A stretch of DNA of 64,000 nt from positions 1 to 64,000 of IMG/VR virus record IMGVR_UViG_3300049596_000679. One strand, 5' to 3'. This DNA comes from a virus (lineage: Duplodnaviria > Caudoviricetes). Position 1 is the first letter of the stretch, and the number at the start of each line of letters is the position of its first letter. The notes beneath the pieces are model-generated. The model did not search any database, was not told the origin of the DNA, and was given only the letters and a program-made list of their open reading frames with translations. This document shows positions 1 to 9,589 of this stretch, piece by piece. Both the position numbers and the translations under genes were made by a program.

Positions 1-837
1 GTTTTGGCTCAGTATGAGAGTTCAAAACAAAGTGGTTCTTCTTCCACTTCAAAATTCACACAAGAAGAAAGAATGAAAAAGTATTTCGCGGCAATCCTTA
101 AGGATAACGAAAAACAAGGTCAACGAACAATCCGTATTTTACCTACAACTGATGGATCATCTCCTTTTAAGGAAGTTTGGTTTCACGAAATCAATGTTGA
201 TGGTAAATGGCAGAAGTTCTACGATCCAGGAAAAAATGACAACGAACGTTCACCTTTGAATGAGGTATATGACGAGTTAATGTCAACAGGTCGTGAATCC
301 GACAAACAATTAGCAACACAATACAAAGCACGTAAGTTTTATATTGTTAAAGTAATTGACCGAGATCACGAAGAAGATGGTGTTAAATTTTGGAGATTTA
401 AACACAATTACAAACAAGAAGGAATTCTTGATAAAATCATTCCAATTTGGAAAGCGAAAGGTGACGTTACTGATTCTGATACTGGTCGTGACTTAATCCT
501 TGAACTTACAAAGGCAAAGACACCAAAAGGTGCAACATATACGGTTATCCAAACCGTTATGTATGACGATCCGGCACCAACACATGAGGACGCTGAACAA
601 TCATCAACATGGATCAACAATGAGTTGACTTGGGAGGACGTATACTCTAAAAAACCTGTTGAATATCTTGAATCAATTGCAAGAGGTGAAACTCCACGTT
701 GGGACACTGACGCAGGAAAATACATCTACTCAAATAATCAAGAAGAAGAGATTTCTATGGGTGGAAGTGTAAAGTCTGAAGTTAAAAAGGCTGATCCTCA
801 GTCTAACCAAGAAGTTGACGAAGATTTACCATTCTAA
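1..837 (+). CDS. single-stranded DNA-binding protein, T4 gp32-like (probably 5'-truncated by the window)
   Basis: RTIRILP...PFKEVWFH, VKFWRF, GRDLIL motifs typical of gp32-like SSBs; acidic tail ending DEDLPF; frame is open from base 1. Confidence 0.75.
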   Translation, partial: VLAQYESSKQSGSSSTSKFTQEERMKKYFAAILKDNEKQGQRTIRILPTTDGSSPFKEVWFHEINVDGKWQKFYDPGKNDNERSPLNEVYDELMSTGRESDKQLATQYKARKFYIVKVIDRDHEEDGVKFWRFKHNYKQEGILDKIIPIWKAKGDVTDSDTGRDLILELTKAKTPKGATYTVIQTVMYDDPAPTHEDAEQSSTWINNELTWEDVYSKKPVEYLESIARGETPRWDTDAGKYIYSNNQEEEISMGGSVKSEVKKADPQSNQEVDEDLPF

Positions 838-850
838 TTAAACTTTAACG

Positions 851-886
851 TGGGCACTTGGAAATACTGAGTGTCCATATTTTTTA
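851..886 (+). terminator. intrinsic terminator hairpin
   Basis: TGGGCACTTGG-AAATA-CTGAGTGTCCA followed by a T-run, just after the SSB stop. Confidence 0.65.
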
Positions 887-897
887 AAATCAAAAAA

Positions 898-1128
898 ATG
901 AGCAAAATAGCAGAAAAAATGTATGAGGCATTATCCTTAAAATACCGTAGTGAAATCGCTGAGGCGGAAGCAACATTATTAGTTTATTTAACTTCACCTG
1001 TTGGTATTGGTGAACACCCACAACATCTTGAAGAAATGGATAAGTTGGTTGAAAAATTCGCTAATGCACAAGATAAACTTGAGTCATTGGAAAAAATTCG
1101 TAAATATAATTCAGTAATTACACAATAA
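898..1128 (+). CDS. small conserved phage hypothetical protein
   Basis: ATG at 898 preferred because the GTG at 871 lies inside the terminator hairpin; PVGIGEHP motif. Confidence 0.7.
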   Translation: MSKIAEKMYEALSLKYRSEIAEAEATLLVYLTSPVGIGEHPQHLEEMDKLVEKFANAQDKLESLEKIRKYNSVITQ

Positions 1129-1129
1129 C

Positions 1130-2113
1130 ATGGCGATAAGAAAAAGAGAAATATCTTTGGAAACAATCAAAGGTAAGTACTCAACAAAAACAAAATACAA
1201 ACCAGAAAGTTTTTATAATCTTGGAGAGGCTTTTTTGGGGTCATCTGGATTACCGGGACCTATTATGGGTGGTATAAATATGTTTTTAGGACATTCAAAT
1301 ACCTCAAAAACAACGGCAATGATCCTTGCTGCAGCAGACGCTCAAAAAAAAGGACATTTACCTATTCTTATTATTACTGAGAAAAAATGGTCTTGGGAAC
1401 ACGCTATTGAATTAGGGTTACAGGCAGAAAAAAACGAACTTGGTGAGTATGATGGTATGTTTATTTTTAATGATTCGTTTGATGTGATTGAACAAGCAAC
1501 TGAATTTATTAATGATATTCTTGATGCCCAAGAAAAAGGTGATATTCCTTATAGTTTATTATTTTTGTGGGATAGTATTGGTAGTATACCTTGTCAGATG
1601 ACTTTTGATGGTAAAGGTGGAGGAATGCACAACGCAAAAGTATTAGCGGATAAAATTGGTATGGGAATTCATTCAAGAATCTCAAAATCTAAAAAAGAAG
1701 AATATCCGTATTACAACACTTTGGTTATTTTAAATCAACCTTGGGTGTTACTTCCTGATAATCCATTTGGTCAACCTGAAATCAAAGCTAAAGGTGGTGA
1801 AGCGGTATGGTTGGCATCATCATTAGTGTTCTTATTTGGTAATCAGAAAAAGGCAGGTATTAGTCACATTGATGCGACTAAGAATGGTAGAAAAGTATCG
1901 TTTGCAATTAGAACTAAGATTTCAATATTAAAGAATCACGTTAATGGTCTTGGGTATAAAGATGGTAAGATCATCGCAGTACCACAAGGTTATATTACAG
2001 ACACAAAAGAATCTTTGGATAACTATAAGAAAGAATATTCTGATTATTGGGAAACAAAATTAGGGTATTCAGATTATTCTTTGGATGAATCTGATGATGA
2101 CTCTGACGAGTAA
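1130..2113 (+). CDS. uvsX: RecA/UvsX-like recombinase
   Basis: P-loop GHSNTSKT, TEKKW, Walker B LFLWDSIGS, ILNQ, KGGEA, KNHV; replication cluster context. Confidence 0.85.
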   Translation: MAIRKREISLETIKGKYSTKTKYKPESFYNLGEAFLGSSGLPGPIMGGINMFLGHSNTSKTTAMILAAADAQKKGHLPILIITEKKWSWEHAIELGLQAEKNELGEYDGMFIFNDSFDVIEQATEFINDILDAQEKGDIPYSLLFLWDSIGSIPCQMTFDGKGGGMHNAKVLADKIGMGIHSRISKSKKEEYPYYNTLVILNQPWVLLPDNPFGQPEIKAKGGEAVWLASSLVFLFGNQKKAGISHIDATKNGRKVSFAIRTKISILKNHVNGLGYKDGKIIAVPQGYITDTKESLDNYKKEYSDYWETKLGYSDYSLDESDDDSDE

Positions 2114-2143
2114 AAAGTATTTCAAACGACTTAAAAATTTTAA

Positions 2144-3154
2144 ATGGTCAAAACATTAATTGTTGATGGTAACAATTTATTAAAAATAGGATTTCATGGG
2201 GTTAAGGATTTTTATAATAATGGGGAACACATTGGTGGGACTTGGCATTTTCTTAACACAATTCGTAAATTTTTAGAAGAAACTAATTTTAATAAAGTTA
2301 TGGTCTTTTGGGATAGTGATACAAACTCATCACAAAGAAAATTAATATATCCAAAATATAAGATGAATCGTAAATCTTCTCCTAATGATGAGGAGAAGAC
2401 TGATTCATTTAACAAACAAAAAACAAGGGTTAAACAATATCTTGAAGAGATGTTTATAAGACAATTAGAGGTTGAAAATTCGGAAGCGGATGATCTTATT
2501 GCCTACTATTGTCAAATCTCTTTAGATGAAGAGAAAACGATATTCTCAAGTGATAAAGACTTAACTCAATTAATCTCAGAAAAGGTATTAATCTATTCAC
2601 CAAACTTAAAGTCGTATTATAAATTTGGGGACAACATTAAATTTAAAGATTGTTCTATTCCTCATTATAATGTTATGACATTTAAGATCCTTGCTGGTGA
2701 TACTTCGGATAATATTGACGGAATAAGTTTAATGGGTGAGAAAACTTTAATTAAGTTTTTCCCTGAAATACTTGATTCAGAGATATCTTTAACCGATATT
2801 TTAACAAAGGGTGAGTTATTGTTAAAAGAACAACAAAAAAATGTTGTTTTAGGAAATCTACTCAGTGGAAAAACCAAAGAAGGTATTATGGGTGATGATT
2901 TTTTTAAAATCAATAAAAAACTCGTAGATTTGTCAGAACCTTTAATTGATGAAGAGGGTAAAGAAATGGTTAGGGAATATTACTCTGAATCGATGGATCC
3001 CGATGGGAGAGGACATAGAAACCTAATTAGAATGATGATGGATGACGGATTCTTCAAATACCTACCAAAAGGTGATGACTCTTGGGTTAATTTTTTAAAA
3101 CCATTTTTGAAATTATCAAGAAAAGAAAAAACAAAATTTAGAAACAAAAAGTAA
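2144..3154 (+). CDS. 5'-3' exonuclease / flap endonuclease (PolI N-terminal, T4 RNase H-like)
   Basis: LIVDGNN, VFWD, YPKYKMNR, EADDLIA, SSDKDLTQL, GDTSDNIDGI..MGEKT motifs. Confidence 0.92.
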   Translation: MVKTLIVDGNNLLKIGFHGVKDFYNNGEHIGGTWHFLNTIRKFLEETNFNKVMVFWDSDTNSSQRKLIYPKYKMNRKSSPNDEEKTDSFNKQKTRVKQYLEEMFIRQLEVENSEADDLIAYYCQISLDEEKTIFSSDKDLTQLISEKVLIYSPNLKSYYKFGDNIKFKDCSIPHYNVMTFKILAGDTSDNIDGISLMGEKTLIKFFPEILDSEISLTDILTKGELLLKEQQKNVVLGNLLSGKTKEGIMGDDFFKINKKLVDLSEPLIDEEGKEMVREYYSESMDPDGRGHRNLIRMMMDDGFFKYLPKGDDSWVNFLKPFLKLSRKEKTKFRNKK

Positions 3155-3167
3155 AAACAAAAACAAA

Positions 3168-3617
3168 ATGAAAGATCAAGATGTAACAAAAGTTGAATTC
3201 CTATTAATGTGTAATGATAACATTGTAGTACAACGTTTTTTTAATGTTAAAGGATTTAACAAAAATGCCCACAAATCTGAGGATTTTTATGACCATATGA
3301 GTATGGTATGTCGTAAATTACAATATGATTTGAAAATGCGATCAGTGGTCTATATGTTAGACAACAAATATGAAATTTCTGAGAATCCAGCTATTTTAAA
3401 TACGTCAATTACTGACGGAGATGAAAATTTTAACCTTTATATTAAGGTTGGAGACCTGACAATTTGTCACAGAAGGTTTGACGCTAAAGTGTATCCCCCA
3501 AAGGTAAGATATACCGTAGACCTACGCCCAAAGCTAAAAGGTATGCTAAACGACCTGACTGACATTTTTTCAGGTAAAAAATTTAATTATTTTTACCCTG
3601 AATTTATCCAAAACTAA
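3168..3617 (+). CDS. hypothetical protein
   Basis: 149 aa ORF co-directional in the replication cluster. Confidence 0.75.
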   Translation: MKDQDVTKVEFLLMCNDNIVVQRFFNVKGFNKNAHKSEDFYDHMSMVCRKLQYDLKMRSVVYMLDNKYEISENPAILNTSITDGDENFNLYIKVGDLTICHRRFDAKVYPPKVRYTVDLRPKLKGMLNDLTDIFSGKKFNYFYPEFIQN

Positions 3618-3649
3618 TAGTATTTATCTTTACTAACAGAAGGAAAATT

Positions 3650-5038
3650 ATGGCGACAAACAAAAATTTTGAGTATCTAGGAAACACATTCCAATTACAA
3701 TTACTTAATCAAATTATTTTAGATAAAGATTTTTCACATTCAATTATTGATGTGATTGAAAACAATTATTTTGAAAATAAATACTTTAAAATAATTATCC
3801 AAATGATCAGAGAGTATTATACAAAATATGATCACACACCATCATTTGAGACACTAGAACAGATTACTAAATCTGAATTACAACAAGAGATCGCATCCAA
3901 GATAGTGTTGGATACAATTAAAAAAATTAAGGACGCACCTATTGATGGTGTAGGTTTTGTACAGGAAAAGGCGTTAAAGTTCTGTAAACAACAAGAACTT
4001 CAAAAGGTTATGACCAAAGCTCAAAAAATCATCGATGGTGGTGAATTTGAGAACTACGATGCCCTTGAGGAAATGGTTAGAGGAGCTTTACAAGTGGGGG
4101 CTAAAGACACAAGTTCGATGGATGTCTTTTCTAATATTAGTCAGGTCCTTGATGAAGACTATAGACACCCAATTCCAATGGGAATACCTGGAATTGATAG
4201 ACTATTGAAAGGTGGTTTAGCTAAAGGTGAGATTGGGGTTATATTGGCACCAACAGGTGTGGGTAAATCTACAATCCTAACTAAAATTGCTAACCACGCA
4301 TTTAACTTAGGAAACAACGTACTTCAGATCTTTTTTGAAGATAACCCAAAGGTAATTCAAAGAAAACACTACACACTTTGGACTAAGGTTCACCCTGATG
4401 AATTATCAGAAAAAAGAGACGAAGTTATCCAAAAGGTTAAAGAGATTGAGGAATCTATGCCAAATAAGTTAATTATGAATAAACTACCATCTGATACGGT
4501 AACTATGTCTCAGATTAAGAATCAAATTAGAAAGATGGTTGCTGATGGTAATAAGATTGATATGGTATTACTTGATTACATTGATTGTGTTGTTCCTGAT
4601 AAGAATTTAGGTGATGAATGGAAGAGTGAGGGGTCTGTAATGAGAGCATTTGAAGCAATGTGTCACGAAATGGATTTAGTTGGATGGACGGCAACACAAG
4701 GTAATAGAAGCTCTATTTCTTCTGAGGTTGTAACAACTGATCAAATGGGTGGATCAATTAAAAAGGCACAAGTTGGTCACGTTATTATTACGGTGGCAAA
4801 AACACTTCAACAGAAAGAAATGAAATTAGCAACAATAGCAATTACAAAATCAAGGGTTGGTGATGACGGAGTTGTATTTGAGAATTGTAAATTTGATAAT
4901 GCAATGTTAGACATTGACACCGATAGTTCTATGACTTTCTTAGGGTTGGAAGAACAAAAAGAAGAAAAACAACGAGCAAGAGTTAAAGAGTTGTTAGAAA
5001 AAAGACAACAAAGACAAAAAGACGAAACAAATAAATAA
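3650..5038 (+). CDS. dnaB: replicative DNA helicase (DnaB / T4 gp41-like)
   Basis: Walker A APTGVGKS, LLDYID, WTATQGNR, ITKSR. Confidence 0.92.
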   Translation: MATNKNFEYLGNTFQLQLLNQIILDKDFSHSIIDVIENNYFENKYFKIIIQMIREYYTKYDHTPSFETLEQITKSELQQEIASKIVLDTIKKIKDAPIDGVGFVQEKALKFCKQQELQKVMTKAQKIIDGGEFENYDALEEMVRGALQVGAKDTSSMDVFSNISQVLDEDYRHPIPMGIPGIDRLLKGGLAKGEIGVILAPTGVGKSTILTKIANHAFNLGNNVLQIFFEDNPKVIQRKHYTLWTKVHPDELSEKRDEVIQKVKEIEESMPNKLIMNKLPSDTVTMSQIKNQIRKMVADGNKIDMVLLDYIDCVVPDKNLGDEWKSEGSVMRAFEAMCHEMDLVGWTATQGNRSSISSEVVTTDQMGGSIKKAQVGHVIITVAKTLQQKEMKLATIAITKSRVGDDGVVFENCKFDNAMLDIDTDSSMTFLGLEEQKEEKQRARVKELLEKRQQRQKDETNK

Positions 5039-5064
5039 ATAAATAACTAATTAAATTAATAAAC

Positions 5065-6924
5065 ATGGATATTTCACAAAAAATTTTAAGTGATATTACA
5101 GTGTATATGAAATACGCTAAATTTGTCCCCGAATTAAATAGAAGGGAAACGTGGGAAGAGTTGGTAACAAGAAATAAGGAGATGCACCAAAAGAGATACC
5201 CCCAAATTAAAGAAGAAATTGAAAACGTATACAAAATGGTATATGCTAAGAAAATTCTTCCATCAATGAGATCATTGCAATTTGGTGGGAAACCTATTGA
5301 AATTTCACCAAACAGAGTTTACAATTGTGCTTACATGCCGATTGACCATCCAGATGCGTTCTCTGAAACTATGTTCTTATTGTTAGGTGGAACGGGTGTT
5401 GGATTTTCAGTACAAAAACACCACGTTGATAAATTACCTGAGATTAAAAAACCAAACCCAGCAAGAACAAGACGTTACCTTATTGGTGATAGTATTGAGG
5501 GATGGGCAGACGCAATTAAAGTATTGGTTGAATCCTATTTGGGGGTTAAATCATCAACACCTATATTTGATTTCTCCGATATCCGACATAAAGGAGCATT
5601 ATTGGTGACTTCAGGTGGTAAAGCGCCTGGACCTCAACCACTTAAAGATTGTGTTCATAATATCACAAAAGTATTTGAAAACAAAAAAGATGGTGAAAGA
5701 TTGTCGCCTATTGAAACTCACGATATTGTATGTCATATTGCAGATGCGGTATTAGCGGGTGGTATCAGAAGAGCGGCACTTATTTCATTATTTAGTGCTG
5801 ATGATGAAGAAATGATTTCTTGTAAATCTGGAAACTGGTGGGAATCAAATCCACAGAGAGGTAGAGCAAACAACTCGGCGGTACTTCTTCGACACAAAAT
5901 CACAAAAGAATTCTTTATGGGTCTTTGGAAACGTATTGAGTTATCAGGGGCGGGTGAACCAGGAATCTATTTATCAAACGATAAAGATTGGGGAACCAAT
6001 CCATGTTGTGAGATTGCACTTCGACCTAATCAGTTCTGTAACTTATGTGAGGTAAATGCATCTGACATTGAATCACAAGAAGATTTTGAGGCAAGAGTTA
6101 AAGGAGCTGCGTTCATCGGAACATTACAAGCGGGTTACACTGACTTCCATTACTTAAGAGATGTGTGGAAAAGAACAACTGAGAAAGACGCTCTTATTGG
6201 TGTTGGAATGACGGGAATTGGTTCAGGTGTTGTTTTAGGTTATGATATGAAATCAGCGGCTGAAATGGTTAAACTTGAAAACGAAAGAGTTGCGAAACTT
6301 ATAGGTATTAACAAATCGGCAAGGTCAACAACCGTTAAACCATCAGGAACATCATCATTGGTGTTGGGGACTTCTTCAGGTATCCACGCATGGCACAATG
6401 ACTTTTACTTAAGAAGAATTCGTGTTGGTAAAAACGAAGCAATCTATTCTTATTTGGCAATTAATCATCCTGAGTTAGTAGAAGATGAGTTCTTCCGTCC
6501 TCACGATACGGCAGTTATCTCAATCCCACAAAAATCACCAGAAGGATCAATCCTTAGACACGAATCCGTATTCCAAATGTTGGAACGTGTTAAAAAGGTA
6601 TCACAAGAGTGGGTTAGAAATGGACACAGAACTGGTCAAAACACACATAATGTATCTGCAACGGTTTCCATTAAAGAAGACGAGTGGGACTTGGTGGGTG
6701 ATTGGATGTGGAATAATAGAAAATTCTATAATGGTTTATCAGTATTACCATACAACGGAGGAACTTACACACAAGCACCATTTGAAGATTGTACTGAAGA
6801 AGATTTTAACAACTTGTTAAGTACGTTGGAAGACGTGGATCTTACAAAAGTAATTGAATTACAAGACAATACAGACTTAAGAGGTGAAGTTGCGTGTGGG
6901 GCTAATGGATGTGAAATTTCTTAA
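5065..6924 (+). CDS. nrdJ: class II (adenosylcobalamin-dependent) ribonucleotide reductase
   Basis: RRETWEE, PSMRSLQ, YNCAY, GGTGVGFS, GGIRRAALI, TNPCCEI, TVKPSGT, C-terminal CGANGC pair; no beta-subunit gene adjacent. Confidence 0.9.
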   Translation: MDISQKILSDITVYMKYAKFVPELNRRETWEELVTRNKEMHQKRYPQIKEEIENVYKMVYAKKILPSMRSLQFGGKPIEISPNRVYNCAYMPIDHPDAFSETMFLLLGGTGVGFSVQKHHVDKLPEIKKPNPARTRRYLIGDSIEGWADAIKVLVESYLGVKSSTPIFDFSDIRHKGALLVTSGGKAPGPQPLKDCVHNITKVFENKKDGERLSPIETHDIVCHIADAVLAGGIRRAALISLFSADDEEMISCKSGNWWESNPQRGRANNSAVLLRHKITKEFFMGLWKRIELSGAGEPGIYLSNDKDWGTNPCCEIALRPNQFCNLCEVNASDIESQEDFEARVKGAAFIGTLQAGYTDFHYLRDVWKRTTEKDALIGVGMTGIGSGVVLGYDMKSAAEMVKLENERVAKLIGINKSARSTTVKPSGTSSLVLGTSSGIHAWHNDFYLRRIRVGKNEAIYSYLAINHPELVEDEFFRPHDTAVISIPQKSPEGSILRHESVFQMLERVKKVSQEWVRNGHRTGQNTHNVSATVSIKEDEWDLVGDWMWNNRKFYNGLSVLPYNGGTYTQAPFEDCTEEDFNNLLSTLEDVDLTKVIELQDNTDLRGEVACGANGCEIS

Positions 6925-6929
6925 ATAAA

Positions 6930-7160
6930 ATGAACGTAGGAGCATCTAAAGATTGGGTACAACAATTGTATGTTAGAGAATTTGGCCCAAAATTACAACC
7001 AAACGAGTTCTACTATAATAATCAAGGTATGATTGTTATGACCGAAGATTATCATAAACGTAGGGGTAGTTGTTGCGGAAGCAAATGTTTACATTGCCCA
7101 TATGTACCCAATTGGGATAAGGGTAGTAAAACGTTAAAGGAATCACGGCTTAGGTCGTGA
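6930..7160 (+). CDS. small Cys-rich protein (DUF5522-like)
   Basis: YHKRRGSCCGSKCLHCPY motif. Confidence 0.7.
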   Translation: MNVGASKDWVQQLYVREFGPKLQPNEFYYNNQGMIVMTEDYHKRRGSCCGSKCLHCPYVPNWDKGSKTLKESRLRS

Positions 7161-7171
7161 TTTTTTATTTT
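7141..7171 (+). terminator. intrinsic terminator
   Basis: AATCACGGC-TTAG-GTCGTGATT plus T-run at the replication/structural boundary. Confidence 0.75.
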
Positions 7172-7214
7172 ATATGTATTTATTCAAAACACATAGATAC
7201 TATATTTATAAGAT

Positions 7215-7673
7215 ATGGCAAATGGAATAACATACGGAATAAATTTTCCTTTTAGAGAATCTTACGTTGGTAAATATTTAGATATTTCTGATACAACTGA
7301 AGAAGAAGTAAGAAGTAATTTAATTCATTTATTGTTAACTAGAAAAGGGTATAGATATTATCTTCCTGATTTTGGAACAAGATTGTATGAGTATATTTTT
7401 GAACCTCTTGATGGGCCTACATTTAGTGAAATTGAAGGCGAAATTAGGGATTCTGTTGAAAAATATATGCCTGGTGTACAAATAACAAATATCTCAATAA
7501 CCGACGCTTCTTTAGGTGAGGAAAATAAGGGTACTTTTATTAATCCTGATGGAGAAAGAGAATTTAAAGTACAAGGTATAAGCGACAAAGAACATACCGC
7601 AAAAATTAAAATAGATTATAAAGTCACAAATCAAGCGTTTGAAAGTAGTGATTTTGTTATTATCAATATTTAA
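7215..7673 (+). CDS. baseplate wedge / sheath initiator, gp25-like
   Basis: NLIHLLLTRKGYRYYLPDFGTRLYEYIFEP is the gpW/gp25 signature. Confidence 0.9.
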   Translation: MANGITYGINFPFRESYVGKYLDISDTTEEEVRSNLIHLLLTRKGYRYYLPDFGTRLYEYIFEPLDGPTFSEIEGEIRDSVEKYMPGVQITNISITDASLGEENKGTFINPDGEREFKVQGISDKEHTAKIKIDYKVTNQAFESSDFVIINI

Positions 7674-7679
7674 TAGTAT

Positions 7680-9518
7680 ATGGCTGAGAAAAAAATATCA
7701 TACACAACCAGAGATTTTCAGGGAATAAGAACTGAGTTAATTAATTTTACCCGTACTTATTATCCTGATTTAGTACAGAACTTTAACGACGCTGGGGTTT
7801 TTTCAGTAATGTTAGATTTAAATGCTGCCGTTACAGATAACCTACAATTTAATATTGATAGAAGTATTCAAGAAACGGTATTACAATATGCTCAACAAAA
7901 ATCTTCAGTATATAATATCGCTAAGACTTACGGGTTAAAAATTCCGGGTCAAAGACCTTCGGTATCATTAGTTGATTTTTCAATAACGGTTCCTGCATTT
8001 GGTGATAGGGAAGATTTAAGGTATTGTGGTATTCTAAGACGAGGATCCCAAGTAAGTGGTGCAGGACAACCATTTGAAACCGTTTATGACATTGATTTTG
8101 CCTCAGCAATAAATTCTGAAGGCACATTAAATAGATTAAAGATTCCTAACTTTGATGCTAATGGTAAAATATTAAATTACAACATTGTAAAAAGGGAAGT
8201 TGTTGTAAACGGGTTTACAAAAGTATTCAAACGAGTTATTACGCCAAACGATGTAAAACCATTCTTTGAATTATTCTTACCTGAAAAAAATGTTTTAGGT
8301 ATAACAAGTGTCCTTTTAAAAGATGGGACTCAATTTAATACAATTCCAAATCCACAGGACTTTTTAGGGTTAAACGATAGATGGTATGAAGTTAAGGCAC
8401 TTGCTGAAGATAGAGTATTCATTGAAGACCCAACTAAGGTTTCTGATCAACCTGGTACTAAGGTTGGTAAATATATTTTAACTAACACTAAATTTACATC
8501 TGAGTATACACCTGAAGGTTATTTAAAAATGACATTTGGTGGTGGTAATGTTTCTGCTGAAGAACAACTTAGAGATTTTGCAAGATCAGGTAAAGGATTT
8601 GATTTAAATAAATATTCTAATAATTTAGCTTTAGGTGCGGCTCTAAAGTCAAACACAACATTGTTTATACAATATAGAGTTGGTGGTGGACAAGCAACTA
8701 ATTTAGGTATTAATGTAATCAATCAAATTGGTACTGTTTCATTCTTTGTTAATGGTCCATCGGAAAGTATTAACAGATCTGTTATTAATACATTGAAATG
8801 TAATAACGTTACTGCGGCGATTGGAGGGGCAAACGCACCAACACTCGAAGAAGTGAGAAATATGGTATCATATAACTTCTCAGCTCAAAACAGAGCGGTT
8901 ACAATAAATGACTACGAATCTATCATTAGAACAATGCCATCTCAGTTCGGAGCACCTGCAAAAGTTGCAATTACTGAAGAGAACAATATGATAAAGATAA
9001 AAATGTTATCTTACGACACAAGTGGTAATTTAACTGACACGGTTTCTAACACATTAAAAACTAATGTTGCAAACTACCTATCAAATTATAGGATGATTAA
9101 CGACTACATTTCAATCGAAAGTGCAAACCCAATTGATTTAGCGGTTAATGTTGATGTTGTATTAGACGCTAGTCAAAACCAAGGCGCGGTTGTATCTAAA
9201 ATCATTGATATTATTTCAACATACTTTAGTCCTACAACAAGACAATTAGGTCAAAATGTTGTTGTTTCTGAGTTAAGAAGATTAATCCAAGCAGAAAATG
9301 GAATAATAAGTATTTCTGATATAGAATTCTTTAATAAAGTTGGGGGACAATACTCGTCAAATCAAACATCTCAAAAATATTCAAATCCCGCAACTAAACA
9401 AATTCAATTAATTGCAGATACAATTTTTGCTGAACCTACTCAAATCTATCAAATTAGATTTCCTAACAAAGACATAAATGTTAGGGTAATCAATTTAAGT
9501 ACGGTTAATTTTTCCTAA
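7680..9518 (+). CDS. baseplate wedge subunit (T4 gp6 / baseplate J-like)
   Basis: YTTRDFQGIR N-terminus, YRVGGG, GGANA...AQNRAVTINDY; follows gp25. Confidence 0.88.
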   Translation: MAEKKISYTTRDFQGIRTELINFTRTYYPDLVQNFNDAGVFSVMLDLNAAVTDNLQFNIDRSIQETVLQYAQQKSSVYNIAKTYGLKIPGQRPSVSLVDFSITVPAFGDREDLRYCGILRRGSQVSGAGQPFETVYDIDFASAINSEGTLNRLKIPNFDANGKILNYNIVKREVVVNGFTKVFKRVITPNDVKPFFELFLPEKNVLGITSVLLKDGTQFNTIPNPQDFLGLNDRWYEVKALAEDRVFIEDPTKVSDQPGTKVGKYILTNTKFTSEYTPEGYLKMTFGGGNVSAEEQLRDFARSGKGFDLNKYSNNLALGAALKSNTTLFIQYRVGGGQATNLGINVINQIGTVSFFVNGPSESINRSVINTLKCNNVTAAIGGANAPTLEEVRNMVSYNFSAQNRAVTINDYESIIRTMPSQFGAPAKVAITEENNMIKIKMLSYDTSGNLTDTVSNTLKTNVANYLSNYRMINDYISIESANPIDLAVNVDVVLDASQNQGAVVSKIIDIISTYFSPTTRQLGQNVVVSELRRLIQAENGIISISDIEFFNKVGGQYSSNQTSQKYSNPATKQIQLIADTIFAEPTQIYQIRFPNKDINVRVINLSTVNFS

Positions 9519-9589
9519 TAATTTATTTTTTTTTAATTAGAACTATTTTTTGAAAATAGGAAATAAACTATTTATCAAAAAAGACTTTA

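Noticed and set aside
3650-6924. Inteins or introns in the helicase or RNR
   Set aside because: Both have normal lengths and uninterrupted motifs
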